DNA from: Lama guanicoe
Taxonomy: Eukaryota
Length of the DNA stretch: 64,000 nucleotides
Reading direction: 5' to 3'
Assembly: GCA_013239625.1 (NCBI GenBank)
Contig: MU054187.1
Location: 3,545,757 to 3,609,756 of the forward strand
The translations under genes were made by a program, and so were the position numbers. Shown in pieces: positions 29,001-41,123 of the stretch. Within the stretch, counting starts at the first letter, position 1. Each line of letters opens with the position of its first letter. The notes under the pieces are model-generated. The model was given only the letters and a program-made list of their open reading frames with translations. It did no database searches and had not been told where the DNA came from.

Positions 29001-29607
29001 GCTCCAAGCAATGAGAATCAAGTGAAGTGTTCCAGTTAGAACATTCCAGCTCCACAAATACGAAGGTGGTGTTTCAGAAGTAGACTTGAGCAAAATGAAC
29101 GAACATGTAAACAACTTTCAAGAGATCTTAAGGATGGTAAGATCTGCTTGGATCTTTCCATTGTAAAAACAAGGGCTCTTCCAAGACAGAAATAAATGTG
29201 TCTTTTTTTCAGGGGTTTAAATCCAGGCAGGAACCTTCAGTCACTGTGTCTTTAGAAGAAGAAAGGTTAGTTTAAGGGCAGAGGAATTCAGAGGTCATTG
29301 ATCATGACCCATGGTAAGAAACAGACAGACACCCACCCCATGTATAAAACAGAAGTTCCACAAAACCACACTGACTTTTACTGCCTGCCATGCGTTCTGA
29401 TCTCTTCTGTTTTATTCTCATTTCTATTTTAAAATACCGGTAGCTCCCTAAAAATCGATTTGTTGATCTCAAATAGATAGTGACTCATGATTTGAAAAAC
29501 ACGGATTAGAGAATAAATTCAAAAGAAGGTTCTGTTTCCAACCTAGTAAGAGACATTCTGTAAAGCTTCCAGCTCTTTCTGAAAATGTCCACCAGGGTAA
29601 AGTGGAC

Positions 29608-29690
29608 GGCGGTGGGGAGGAGAGGGCGGTGGGGAGGGAGGAAGGAGGTGGGGAGGAGAGGGCGGTGGGGAGGGGAGGGCGGTGGGGAGG
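29608..29690 (+). repeat. G-rich minisatellite (GGCGGTGGGGAGG units)
   Basis: Five imperfect GGTGGGGAGG-containing units. Confidence 0.85.
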
Positions 29691-30519
29691 AAATAGTCGT
29701 GATGAACAGAGTTCCTCGTGCCCCAGACATTATACACCTTCAACGTGAAAATATTCTGCATGAGATACAGCTCCTCCCAAGAGGAGCGCATGACCCTACA
29801 GAATGAGGTGTCCACAAAAACAGGCAGAATACCCAGATGCGGGGAAGCACTGGTAAAACTGCTCAGTGAGCCGATTTCAGTACCCACTTTAACAATGGGG
29901 GAAATCATTCTTAAAATGATCTTTTTTTCCTTAAAGCTACTCTCAGTATCGAAGACCAACAATTCAGCTTCTGAGCTGCCCTGAGACCTCTGAACATAGT
30001 AAATCCATCCTCCAGGATCCCTGTAGATTCCTGGTAGCGGGCACCTTGGTCCCTCGTGCGCGCGGTTGAGGCTGCACACTTTCCCGCAGCGCGGCGAGCT
30101 CTGGCCCTGCCTGAACTGAAGCCTAGGACAGTTAGAAGATTATTAAGGAGTCAGTCTAGCTGCCCTAAGGATCCTGACTCCTTTAAAGTAAACTTACAAT
30201 GAAAAGCTGATTTTTAAAAAGCGTCGGTATGAGATAATGTTTGTGCAAGTGATTTTTTCTTTTTTTTGGTATATGCATTACACGATGAAGCTGGAAAAAA
30301 GCTAAGAAAAGACACGGAGATCAAGTGTCAGGACTGCGCTTGAGCAGTTCATTCAAGAGGTGTGCCAAGCCCAGTGTCGTGTCGTTCAGGAGAACTTGCT
30401 TTGCGCTCTACCTGCCACGTTCGCCTGTTTTCACGTTGGCAACTGCATGCCGTCATGAGCCCCTCTGTGCTAACATTTATAGTATTTAGTTGCTTACGGA
30501 AATGTCCTTAGCCTCTGGA

Positions 30520-30880
30520 CCAGTTTTCTAGAGCTGCCGAGGGGCTCAAACATTTTTTCTCACAGTTCTGGGATCACGGTGTGTCGGCAGGGAGGCCTTC
30601 TCCTCAGGCTCGTCCTTGGCTTGAGGCAGCTGCCTTGTCCATGTGTCTCCCCGGCCCCTCCTCTGTGCACGGCGTCCCCAGTGTCTCTTTGTGTCTTAAT
30701 CTCCTCTTCTTAAAAGGACGGCAGTCAGGTGGGGTTAGGGCCCACCCTAAAGGCCTCCTTTTCCCTGGACCACCCCTGGAAAAGCCTTACCTCTAAATAC
30801 AGTCACAAGCGAAAGTCCTGGGGCCAGGCCTTCAGCATAGGAATCTGCAGGGTGGGAACACAGTTCATCCCACGACAGCC
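30520..30880 (-). mobile_element. MLT1-type (MaLR) LTR fragment
   Basis: ttctcacagttctgg...aatctcctcttct...gttagggcccaccctaa...ctaaatacagtcaca. Confidence 0.6.
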
Positions 30881-30936
30881 TCCAAAGCTTGCTTTCAGCC
30901 GAGGACGCAGGATGTGGGCACCACTGCAACGCGTGA

Positions 30937-31185
<249 letters not shown>

Positions 31186-34100
31186 GGCGCAGGAGACCCT
31201 CAGCCCCTCGGGGACGGCGGGGCAAGGAGCAGCCCCCGGTGGACCAGTTATCTCCCGTGCTGGGGTCACCTGCCACCACTGCTTCCCACGCAGGAGGCTA
31301 AGTTACTCAGGAAGAGCTCTCCCCCCCGGGAAGGCTGCCCCCCCCAGGAGCCATTGCCACTGGCGTGCAGCTTGGACCGCTCCCCGCGGCCATCTGGCTT
31401 TGCGAGACCAACATCTGGGCGCAGGCTCCCGAGAAGAAAACACCCCGGGCCACCAAAACGCACCCACGTCTGCCTTTGTTTACACGGGGATGTGTGACTC
31501 AGAGGTTCACAGGCCGTTTCAGTAATTCCCAACCAGGAGCAGAACTAACCTCATTTATAAAAGTACAATAACCAGATATTTGCTGTGACACTTCTTTGAA
31601 TTTTTCTTTATGCTTCAGCTAATTTTTTTTTTTAATTACTAATCCAACCTGTTAGATTTTGCAGGTGAAGTCAGAAGCTTCAGTGTCTTTCCCAGACCTC
31701 AGTGACCTCCCTGAAATCCGAGACTTAAACGCTTCCCCTTCGGGGGAGACCGCCCAGAGCCCCGCTGGGGGGCGGGGGCGGCCCTCGCACCTGCCGTGCT
31801 GCGTGCCGGGGACCCGCGGCCAGGCCCGCCCGGGCCCCCCAGGGTGGGGGCCTCAGGAACGTGCCCTGCCTTAAGAAGGAATATTCTTAACAGCCCAGCT
31901 TTTCAGGTCCACCATTTCCTAGATACAGACTTTTCTGGATAATATCGTTTGGGAGAACAAAAAGATTCTAATCTTTGCAGAACCTTCTAGGGCCTTACAG
32001 AACTCAAGAATTTTCTTTATTGCTTCCAGTGATTCTGAACATTATTTTCATGAACAAATGTTAATTGTAGCCTTCTCTAGAAAGTAGAAACGCCAGAATT
32101 GAGGCTTATTTTCGTGATTCAGCGATCTTTTCCAAATTGCGTGAGGTGTGTGTGAGACTATTTATACGAGCAGACAAAGGAAGAGGAGTAACAAGGAGGC
32201 TCGACTCTGCCGGGCGCAGGGGGTACAAGACGCTGTGTTTGTTAGATTCTTCTCCTCTAGGCTTTGAATGGAAAATGCTTTATCACATCACGTGTCACTT
32301 ACGCTGTTGTGTATATACCTAATATTTCTATTTGATTTTATTTTAATACACCTGGCCCAATCACACCTCAAGCTTTTCGCTGGTTTTTAATGTTTCCGAC
32401 TGTTATTAGTGTAAACATGAGTACCAACCGGGGGTGGAACGAGAGGGGATTCCATTTGTTACATCACTTAAAAACATGTGGGCAAGTTCTCCAGCCATCC
32501 TTTGAGGGTTTCCAGATCGGAGAACTGAGGAGTAGATGGCTGGACACCAGATCTTCCCTTCACGGGAGGCAAACAGGATTTGGTTTCAAATAGGCTTAGC
32601 CGGCACCTTTACAGCTTCATTGTGCATGTGTTGGCTAGGTGTTGGGTGCCTGGACAAAGGCATAAAATATTCTGCTTTTCCCTAAATTTTATCTTCTTTT
32701 CCTGTATGACCTTTTTTGAAAAAAAAATCCTTTAAAAAATATCCTAAAGTTTTCGACGCACAAGAGCCGTCTTCACAATGGCAGACGGTTAGGTCATCAT
32801 GGGACGTCTGCGCTCTGTCCTGATTCACGAGGGTACGTCTTCCACACACACCCACCCGCTCACACTCTACTTCAGAGTCACACCTGTGACCCGACACCTT
32901 ACATGGGGAGAAGGCGTGAAGAGTCCCTAAAGCAAAAAGAAGCCTCTGGAAAATCACTAAATGCATCGTTTTTCATCTCAATTCTGCTTCCTTTTGCCAC
33001 TTTACATTCAGCTTCCCCCCTCTGTCACGTCTGTCCTCCTTGGCTTCGGGCGTCCCTTCCGCCCATCACGTTGGGCCTCCTGGCTCCCTCTGGGCGTGTG
33101 CCCGGCCACGTGGTGCTCAGTGGACGGCCCGCACCGTTAGGGCTCCTGACGCGCTGGGGAGGGGTTTGTGTAACCTTGGGGTCCCTGGTGGTCTGTAGGG
33201 TGGCTCCCAGCTTCACATCCAGGACATGATTGGGAACTTGAAAATCAGAATGCTCACCCCCACCCCACCCCCAAGATCCTGACTCTTGTCCTGCAGTGAG
33301 GGGTGCTGGGCGGTGGGGGAGCTGTCAGTGCACTTGAAAAGCTTCCTTGGTGAATTTAGGGTGAGTATAATGCACGCCCGGGCTGCAGAGCCGCCCCTGA
33401 GATTTGCCCAAAACGAGACCTTCTCTTTCCCTTTATGGTTTGGTTTCCCAAAGGAGGACGTAGGAGTCGAGGAGGAAGGAGGAGAAAATGTGCCTTTTCC
33501 TTTCTCAGGATCAGGAAGGAGAGCTCACAGGCCTGACACGGGTCCCCAGGAGTAGGGGACGCTTGGAGCTTCTGTATCCCCTCCAAGCTGGCCTCCCTAG
33601 GTGCTGTGGGAACCCCACCGGGAACGCACGCCCAGCCTTCTTGCAGAGGATGCCCTACGCCACCGAAGCCTCGGCTTCTGTCCCAAGAGCATAGGAGGGG
33701 TTGATCAAAGGAGGGACTGTATTTATTTGCACAGCGGGATGGATCCAGGGCACTGGAAGGCAAGCGTAAGCTCATTTCTGATTTTGCCTGTGGTGCTGGC
33801 TTTCCCTTTGCTCAAACTACAAACCCAGACAGTAGCTGCTCAAAGGCTGTCAGTAATGAACCACCAGCATCTGACACGTTTGACTGAGTTCAAAAACGCT
33901 CACCGGAAGGCTCGGCCCCCGGCCCCGAAGACTTTACCTGCCACGTTCCACACCCAAGTTTCCTGTGTTCTCAGCGCAGAGCATCTCTCAGGCGACCTCA
34001 CACCACTGCCCCGTCCCCTCAGGGCCTTCACTGCTTCTGCGGGCTGAGTGAGACGTCAGCGCTGTGTCTACATTTTGACTACCTGAAGTTCCCAGAAAAC

Positions 34101-34560
34101 GTGAGGATGGCCTGGCATTCTTCCTGATGAGAATGACGACTGTAAACACGCCCACCATTCTCTCAGCGCTCGCTTCTGTGCTTTGGCACTTTTTAAAAAA
34201 CTACCTTGAACTCACACGACAACCCTTGAAGGTCCGGACAGCTGAAACACCCGATGTGTTCAAGGCCACACAAGGAATAGGCTGGCTTCTCTTCACGTTT
34301 TCTCACAGAACGAAACAAATGAAACACCTCTACAGTGGAATCTTCTGACGCAGCTGGATGTTTTAAGTGGGCAGAGGAATTACTTACAAAATGCTCCACT
34401 GGCGTCCACACGGGTGTCGGGGGGAACTTCTTCTGAGTAACTTTAATCTGGGGAGAAAAGCCACGCAAGAATTCATCTCACCACTCACCCTTCTTAAAAG
34501 GACAACTCACAGAGACTACGATTCTGAATAAAATGCTGTCATAACATGTGCGCCCCATTT
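31186..34560 (+). other. LYN: LYN 3' UTR (end uncertain)
   Basis: Follows the stop codon. U-rich block near 32270-32350 with variant signal AATACA at 32345; canonical AATAAA at 34527-34532 and ATTAAA at 34576-34581. The end is inferred. Confidence 0.5.
34527..34532 (+). terminator. candidate distal LYN poly(A) signal AATAAA
   Basis: AATAAA about 3.3 kb after the LYN stop, with ATTAAA about 50 nt further on. Confidence 0.4.
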
Positions 34561-37074
34561 CATACGTGAAGTTGTATTAAACTGATAGAAGTTTATCCCA
34601 GAAAGCTCTAACCTGATAGACGTGTAGGAAAGAAGCCTTCCCGCTTAATTTCCTGTGTTCTTATGACTCTAAATGCTTCCAGTAGGAGTGAGTGCCCAGC
34701 ATGTCACAGGGTCCCAGGATGGTCACCGTGTGACCCTGAGTGTTTCCCTGACATCTGGAAGTGACGGGCCGTCCTGGTGGCCTCCGTCTCCAGGCCGTTG
34801 GAAAGACGCGTCGGGTGTTGGCCAACGTGCAGGGTCAACGCTGGACTTACGGAATCAAAGGTGGCTTTATTTATAGCACCCGAAGTCCATGCATGTCACA
34901 AAGCAAGGAAAGAGCCTGTGGATTTTTTAGATTACTCTCATGCTGGGGCTTCGACGAGGCCCTCAGCCCTTATCTGCTGCCGTCAGGGTCAGCGGTGGTT
35001 TTGATTTAAGGCTTTGTTTTTGTTTTTGTGTTTTCTTAAAAGGTCAGTACAGTGACTACACTGAATATTTGGTGGTGAACCCTCAGTGAGCACTGGAGAA
35101 GAAACCTTTACTCAAAAAACATTTCTGCAGGAAAAAAAAAGCCTGAATTCCTAATGAGTGGGGTGAATACAGCCTATAAATAGCTTCAGATCAGATTTGC
35201 CACCAAATGAGTTCTTAAAAAGCTTGATTTGGGGGGTTTTCTTTGATGTTTGTGGCAAAGAGGATGGACCAGAGAGCCTGAAGGGTGCGCGGGACCTTTT
35301 AGTGTCCAGCGGTGCATCCAGTTCCAGTGGAGGATGTGGGAGTCGTGGTTACTCAAAACCTGATTAACATAGCCATGTTCCAAGATGCAAAATATTTATG
35401 CATCTTTTTGGAACAATGTAGCCAGTCATTAAAACGTTCTCTGATCACAAGCACTTAAGGGAGGTCTGATACTTAGCAGTTCAAGGAGGGGAGACCTGTC
35501 TAGTGGTTCTAGTTACCCAGTGAGCTGTGGTTGCTGAAATGCAGTTAAGGAACGCGTAGTTCACCAGCAAAAATAGATGAGCCATCATAACGTGAAGTCA
35601 GACCGTGCGGGAGCAACACGCTCAACTCTGAGCACTTGGCGGCAGACTCTCAACTCTACCTGCTCTGGAAAATTCACTGTGATGTGGGCAAGGCGGTGCG
35701 TGCGACCCAACCAGATGCGGAAGCTGTGGGTGGGAGCCACGGCATAGATGCTTCGATGGGAGACGTGAATGAGATCATTTCACTTGCCCTGCCAATGGAT
35801 GACATTTTCAGTCTTTCTCTGTAAGACTTTTTTTTTTTTTGCCAGAGTGGGTCATCACTCCTCATCTCTTTTTCGTCCATGTGCTTAACTTTTAAAGAAG
35901 GCGTTCTGCGGGTGAACAGGAGTCATTCAGTGCAGAGCTTTACCAAAGACGTCCCTGCACACAGGAACCGTCGCGGACGTGTGTGGGACGCCGGTGTTTA
36001 GTCTCAGGGGACCTGAGCAGGGATGCTGTAGGCAGAGCGAGAAAAGTATTACAAGGGAAAAGCTAGGTACAAAATGTGAAGATTATTCTGAGGAGAGATC
36101 ACAGGGCTGGTTACAAGAACAGGCGTGGAGAAGGAGGGAAAGACTTCACCAATTAGTGACATTCAGGAGTGGCTTTGAAGAGGGACAGGGCACTGGCCGT
36201 GGAGGGGAGACTGCAGGAAGTTTCCGAGAAAGGCAGGGAAGGGGAGCCAGGCAGAGAAGTGTGGGGGCATTGAGGACAGAGCCCCCGGATGGCGGAGTTA
36301 GGGCGTCATTCTCAAACTTGAGAGTCATCACAGATCCCTGGGCCCCCCAGGGCTTCAGGTTCTGGGATGGAGGTCTGGGGAGGAACCCGGGAACGGCCGC
36401 TGACACTTCTGGTCCTGGACCACCCTTCGCTCAGCAGTGGGGGAACCTGGTCAACCAAGATGAGGCCACACCGTGGAGAGAAGGTGATGTCCTGGGTGAG
36501 GCCGTGCTGGGCAGCACTGGGCGTCTGAGAGCCTCAGACAGGGGTCCGGCTCGGAGCAGATGCCCGAAGACCGCAGTCACACCACCTGCCTCCCGGCCCA
36601 GCCCTGCGCACGGGGCTCAGCTGCCAAACAGAGGTGTAAGAGTAGATCTCACCTCATAGGGTTGCTTTAAGGAGTAAATACGGTAACGTTTCCTTATGAG
36701 CCAGGCCCATAGTCAAGTCAACGTGTTTGTGAAGTCAAAACGTTGGTTAATCAAGATGTTGAATGACATGCAATGTCAGAAAAGCACACAATGACGTCCA
36801 GTTGGCCAGCAGGGTGAGGGAGGGACGGACATGGCGGTTGTCGTGGCAGGAGAACGGAGGGAGACTGAGCTCCCAGATCCGCCAGGCCTGTGCTGAGGGC
36901 CACTGTGGACGTGGACTCTCCCAGGGCTTCACCCAGCACCCGGAGATAGGGTTTCTCTAGATTCGGGGTGTTTTTAAAAATTTTTAACAACCCCCGATCT
37001 GTGACATTGACTGAAGCATTCAAATGATACCCCTGAGAAACTCAGTAGGGACCTGGATCTGGGAGCTGTCCACA

Positions 37075-37465
37075 GGCAGGGGCTGAACTGCGCCCTCCCC
37101 AAAACGGCACATTGAGGTCCTTACTCCAGGACCTCCCAACGTGACCTTGCTTGGAATAGGGCCATTCCGGGCGTCATTAAGCTAAGATAATGTCGTGGGT
37201 GGGTCCCTAGCAAAAGAACATTATGGGAGAAGATAGAACCCACGTGCAGGGAAGACTCAGCGAAGAGATCCGGGGGAAGACTGCACCTGCGAGCCAAGGA
37301 CGGGGCCTGAGCCGACCCTTCCTTGTGGCCTCAGGAGGAACCAGCCCCGCTGATACCTTGGTCTCGGGCTCCCAGCCTCCAGAATTGGGGCACGATGCAG
37401 CTGTGTCCTTCACACCACCGCGTGTGTGGTGCCCTGTGTGTCACGGCATCCAAAGCAAGTTAACA
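37075..37465 (+). mobile_element. MLT1-type (MaLR) LTR
   Basis: ggctgaactgcgccctccccaaaa...gtgaccttgcttggaataggg...ggaaccagccccgctgataccttgg...cagcctccagaa. Confidence 0.65.
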
Positions 37466-37786
37466 CAGCAGACTCGTGAGATGATGGGGTGGCTGACAAA
37501 AGGGGAAGCTGCAGAAAACAGAAAAAATAGGGAGAATCTGCAGAGAGGAAGGCGGGGCTGGGCCAGCGGGAAGGACAAAGAGCAGCTGCCGAGGCAGAAA
37601 GAAAGTGAAGAGCGGGTGCCAGCCAGGGCCCAGAGGACAAGCTGGCAGCGGTGGGGCTTAAAATACAGGTTTTATTATTATTTCTCAGGTATAGTGAGGC
37701 CAACAGGTCAGGAGACAGCTGTCACTGAGAGGATGGCTTGTCGCTGTGATGGGAACACAATGAACACGTGGGTTTCCAGCCACAGT

Positions 37787-37917
37787 CGTGCACAAACGCG
37801 CGTGCGCACACACGCTCGCACGCACACACTTGCACACAGATGCTTGCACGCACACACACGCACATGCTCGCGTACACACATGCTCGCACACACACATGCT
37901 CGCACGCACACACACAT
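37787..37917. repeat. (CA/CG)n low-complexity repeat
   Basis: cacacgctcgcacgcacacac... run. Confidence 0.85.
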
Positions 37918-40009
37918 GGGTAGCAAGCATCGTCAGGAGCCATCACCTTCCACCGCATCACTATTCCAGGAGGCAGGCAGGTGTGCCAAGCTCTTTTCCC
38001 CAACATAAAGCTATTTAGGGAGACAGGGTGGTTCCCTGTTGCGTCCTGTCACCCTCCTCACGCACTGTAGTATTGCATTGTCGGTGTTGTCATTTAAAAT
38101 GAGTTCCTCATCCTAAAGGAGCCAGAACTCATGGATGGGAGATAGGAGTGAATTCATCTCAGGAAACGTATGACAATAAAGTATCAGCTGTTCATTCATT
38201 CATTCAAGCAGCTGATCGCGGCGGGTCACCTGCCGGGAGCCGGCCCAGCTGCAGTGCGCTTGGTTCTGCGGAGCACGCAGCCTCGGGCGGCCCCCGCAGC
38301 CCCCGCGCGCGTCCCAGCGGCAGTCACGTCGCCCCTCCGCTCTGCAGGGCAGCTCCTCGTCTGTCAACAGCTTTAGAAATATCCCAGCCATATTCCAGAG
38401 TGCTGCCCAGCCTGTGGCGGGAAATAAAGAAGCAGAAAGTGTGAAAAACTCAGAAATCAGATCAAAGCTCTCAACTCCAAAGAATGAAATACGAATAAAT
38501 GTTTTCCTGTCTCTTAATCAACAGGGTAACAAAGACGACCTTTGAGAAGGGAATTCACACGTGGACAGCCCTCTGGGACAGGAGCCGGGCATGAGAAAAC
38601 AGGGGTCCCTCCGGGAGGAGACACATGTGAGGCAGGAAGAAGTGAGACCCCGCGGTTCCCCACAGGAGCGTCGGGGTGAGGAGCCCGCACCGGCCACGCC
38701 GCCCCAGACCAGCGCTCGACAGCATGCGTGCAGCTTAACATCTGAGCGTGAATCCCTCGGGTTCCTGCACCACGTGATGCAAACCAGGGGATGGACTCTC
38801 TCCTTTGAGAGACAATAATTTTAAAACTTTTTTAAAAATGACAGAAAAAAAATCTCTTTTCATATACCACCTCCTTTCAAATGTAGGTGTCTAGCTTCCG
38901 GTGTTTTCTGGTGTTTCCAGGCATCTGGGTTAGCTTTTGGGTGACCTGTGGCCAGCACAGCAGTGTGACGCAGCGGAGATCTTAGGGAGAAATAGGAATT
39001 ATCCTCACTCTTCTGCCCGCTTATGAGCGCGCTTGAGAGCTGAGGCAACTAGTTACCTCTCAGAACGTGGCTTTCTTGAGCTAAGAATGTCCTTTCCTGA
39101 ACTAAGTTGAATTAAGTCAGTTATGTAACTTCCCCAAATCTCAGCCGAGCAGGGAGCATTCGTGCTGAGAAAGGGCGGCACCGAGGCTCTCAATCAGCCA
39201 TCATTTCTCTGCAAGGTCTTATTTCTTAATAATCGGCTCATTTTGCTTCGCTTCTCAAACAATGACCCCCTGCTTATTTGCAGAGTCCGGACAATATCTT
39301 TCCCTTTCTTTCCAGGGTTGAGCCTCATACCATCTACTCAATTTGCATAATTAGTAAAACCTAATTATGGGTCAAGAGCTTTAAAAATACTGCTGTTGTA
39401 AGGGGACCCAGCTCAGCTTCTAGAAATCTTAAATATGCAGAATAATGCAAAAATGCTTAAATAACTTGTCCACGTGAACGCTGTCATTCCATCACTATTT
39501 ACAATTCCAAAATATTGAAGCTCTGGCAATAGATCGGGTATTCAGTCTCTGTGTATTAAAGGCCGGCTCAGTATCCAGAATTACGGAAAACACCGAAGAT
39601 ACGCAGGAGACAATTCCAGTCACTGCCAAGGAGAGGGTTAAGTGAACTATGGAGGACATGTTAAGTGATACTTATGTAATAAAATGGGAGAGTGTCCATG
39701 ACTGTTAAACTGTTAAATAGAAATAATCAGAATGTAAAATTATTTACAAAGAATGTGTAGACCCATTTTTTTAAAAAACGAAATGTCAAAAAGTCTGCAA
39801 AATAATAGAAATCAGGAAAGAAAAGGAAGAAAATAAAACATTTCAAGAAAACACACTCATAATTACAAAGATTGAACGGGGCATTTTTTTCCTTTCTACT
39901 TTCATCTGTCTTTCAGTTTTCATTCTTAGTACATTACTTTAATAATGAGAAAGAGACATCCTCGCAGAATAATGGTGCTAAATCCTGTTTGTAGACTGAA
40001 CAAAATCTA

Positions 40010-40835
40010 TTAAAAAGTTTAAAAGTTGCTCCCAAAAAACCCCACATTGATGGAAGTATGTCAAAGGGCACAGAAGCCAATGGACAGATCTTCCAAGGGC
40101 CAAAGCTGGAACAATTTGAGTAGCAAAATAAATTAGTATTGGGTTATAACCCAGAGGGTAAAATAAATACTCACGAGTCCACGCTGGTATCAGTAAGTAA
40201 TTCAATCAATAAATGGAGGAGAAGTGTTTCCCACGCAGAATTCCAGACGTTTAACGTAGATACTTTGCCTTCAAAGAATGAAAGCGTCACGCGCCTCCTT
40301 AATTGCTCACTGCACATACTGACTTCCTTCCAAGGAGGAAAGTAGAGACAGGGAGGCAAAAGGTACCTTGACAGCGGGGAAGCCAAACAGACACCCCACC
40401 CCCAGTGACTGGTCACGTCGACAGTGCACTCCCGACACGGTGTGATGAAACAGCCCGTCACCCCTGTGGTCCTGCTCCCCCAAATCCATAACCCAGCCGC
40501 AGCCTCAGAACATCGGACACGTGATGGCGGGGGAGGGGGCATCTTCCCAGCCAGTAATCCCCCAACCATCAAGGTCCCCAAGAGGAGCCTGCAGACGGCT
40601 ACGTGTACTGCGGGCATCTGGATGGAATCCTGGGACAGAAAAAGGACATTGGGGGAAAACAAGAAAATTTGGATTTAGTTAATAGTAACTTACCCGTGTC
40701 AGTTCAGTTATGACAAGTGCACCGGATGCTAATGATGGGAGGACTGGAGGCAGGCAGGGCACAGGGGAACTCCCCGCACTAGCTTTGAAATTTTCCTGTA
40801 AATCTAAAACTGTTCTAAAATAAAGTTTATTAACA
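40010..40835 (+). mobile_element. old L1 (L1MC-like) 3' fragments
   Basis: ggccaaagctggaacaatttgag...ggatggaatcctgggacagaaaaaggacatt...ctgtaaatctaaaactgttctaaaataaagttt. Confidence 0.6.
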
Positions 40836-41108
40836 ATCACAACAACGAACAGGTAAACAGGTTCCACGGGTCCGTTCTTGGTACTGGGAAGCCATAGCTA
40901 CCATAGTTACGTCATTTACTCAGTTACATTATTCAAGAAGTCCATGTTTGTTTCAAGTGTAGATGCTTATTCATAAAGTTAACGCTTCATTAAGAACAGA
41001 AAGTGAAGGGAGTATTTTTATCTGACTTCTGCAAAACGCAAAATAACGAATCAATCCTTGACAAGCTTAAAAAGACACCAGGTCGATTCTAGTCAATCCC
41101 GCGGGAGA

Positions 41109-41123
41109 CAGCGCCACCTAGTG
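41109..41123 (-). promoter_or_regulatory. CTCF motif
   Basis: Minus strand AACACTAGGTGGCGCTG is a close match to the CTCF core CCASYAGRKGGCRS, sitting in a small CpG-containing patch within AT-rich DNA. Confidence 0.7.

Noticed and set aside
35979..36659. 226-aa ORF
   Set aside because: Purine/GC-rich intergenic DNA with repeat-like fragments, a non-ATG start and no recognisable motif.
37223..38008. Longest ORF in the track (261 aa)
   Set aside because: Runs through an MLT1 LTR and a CA-rich repeat; no domain-like content.
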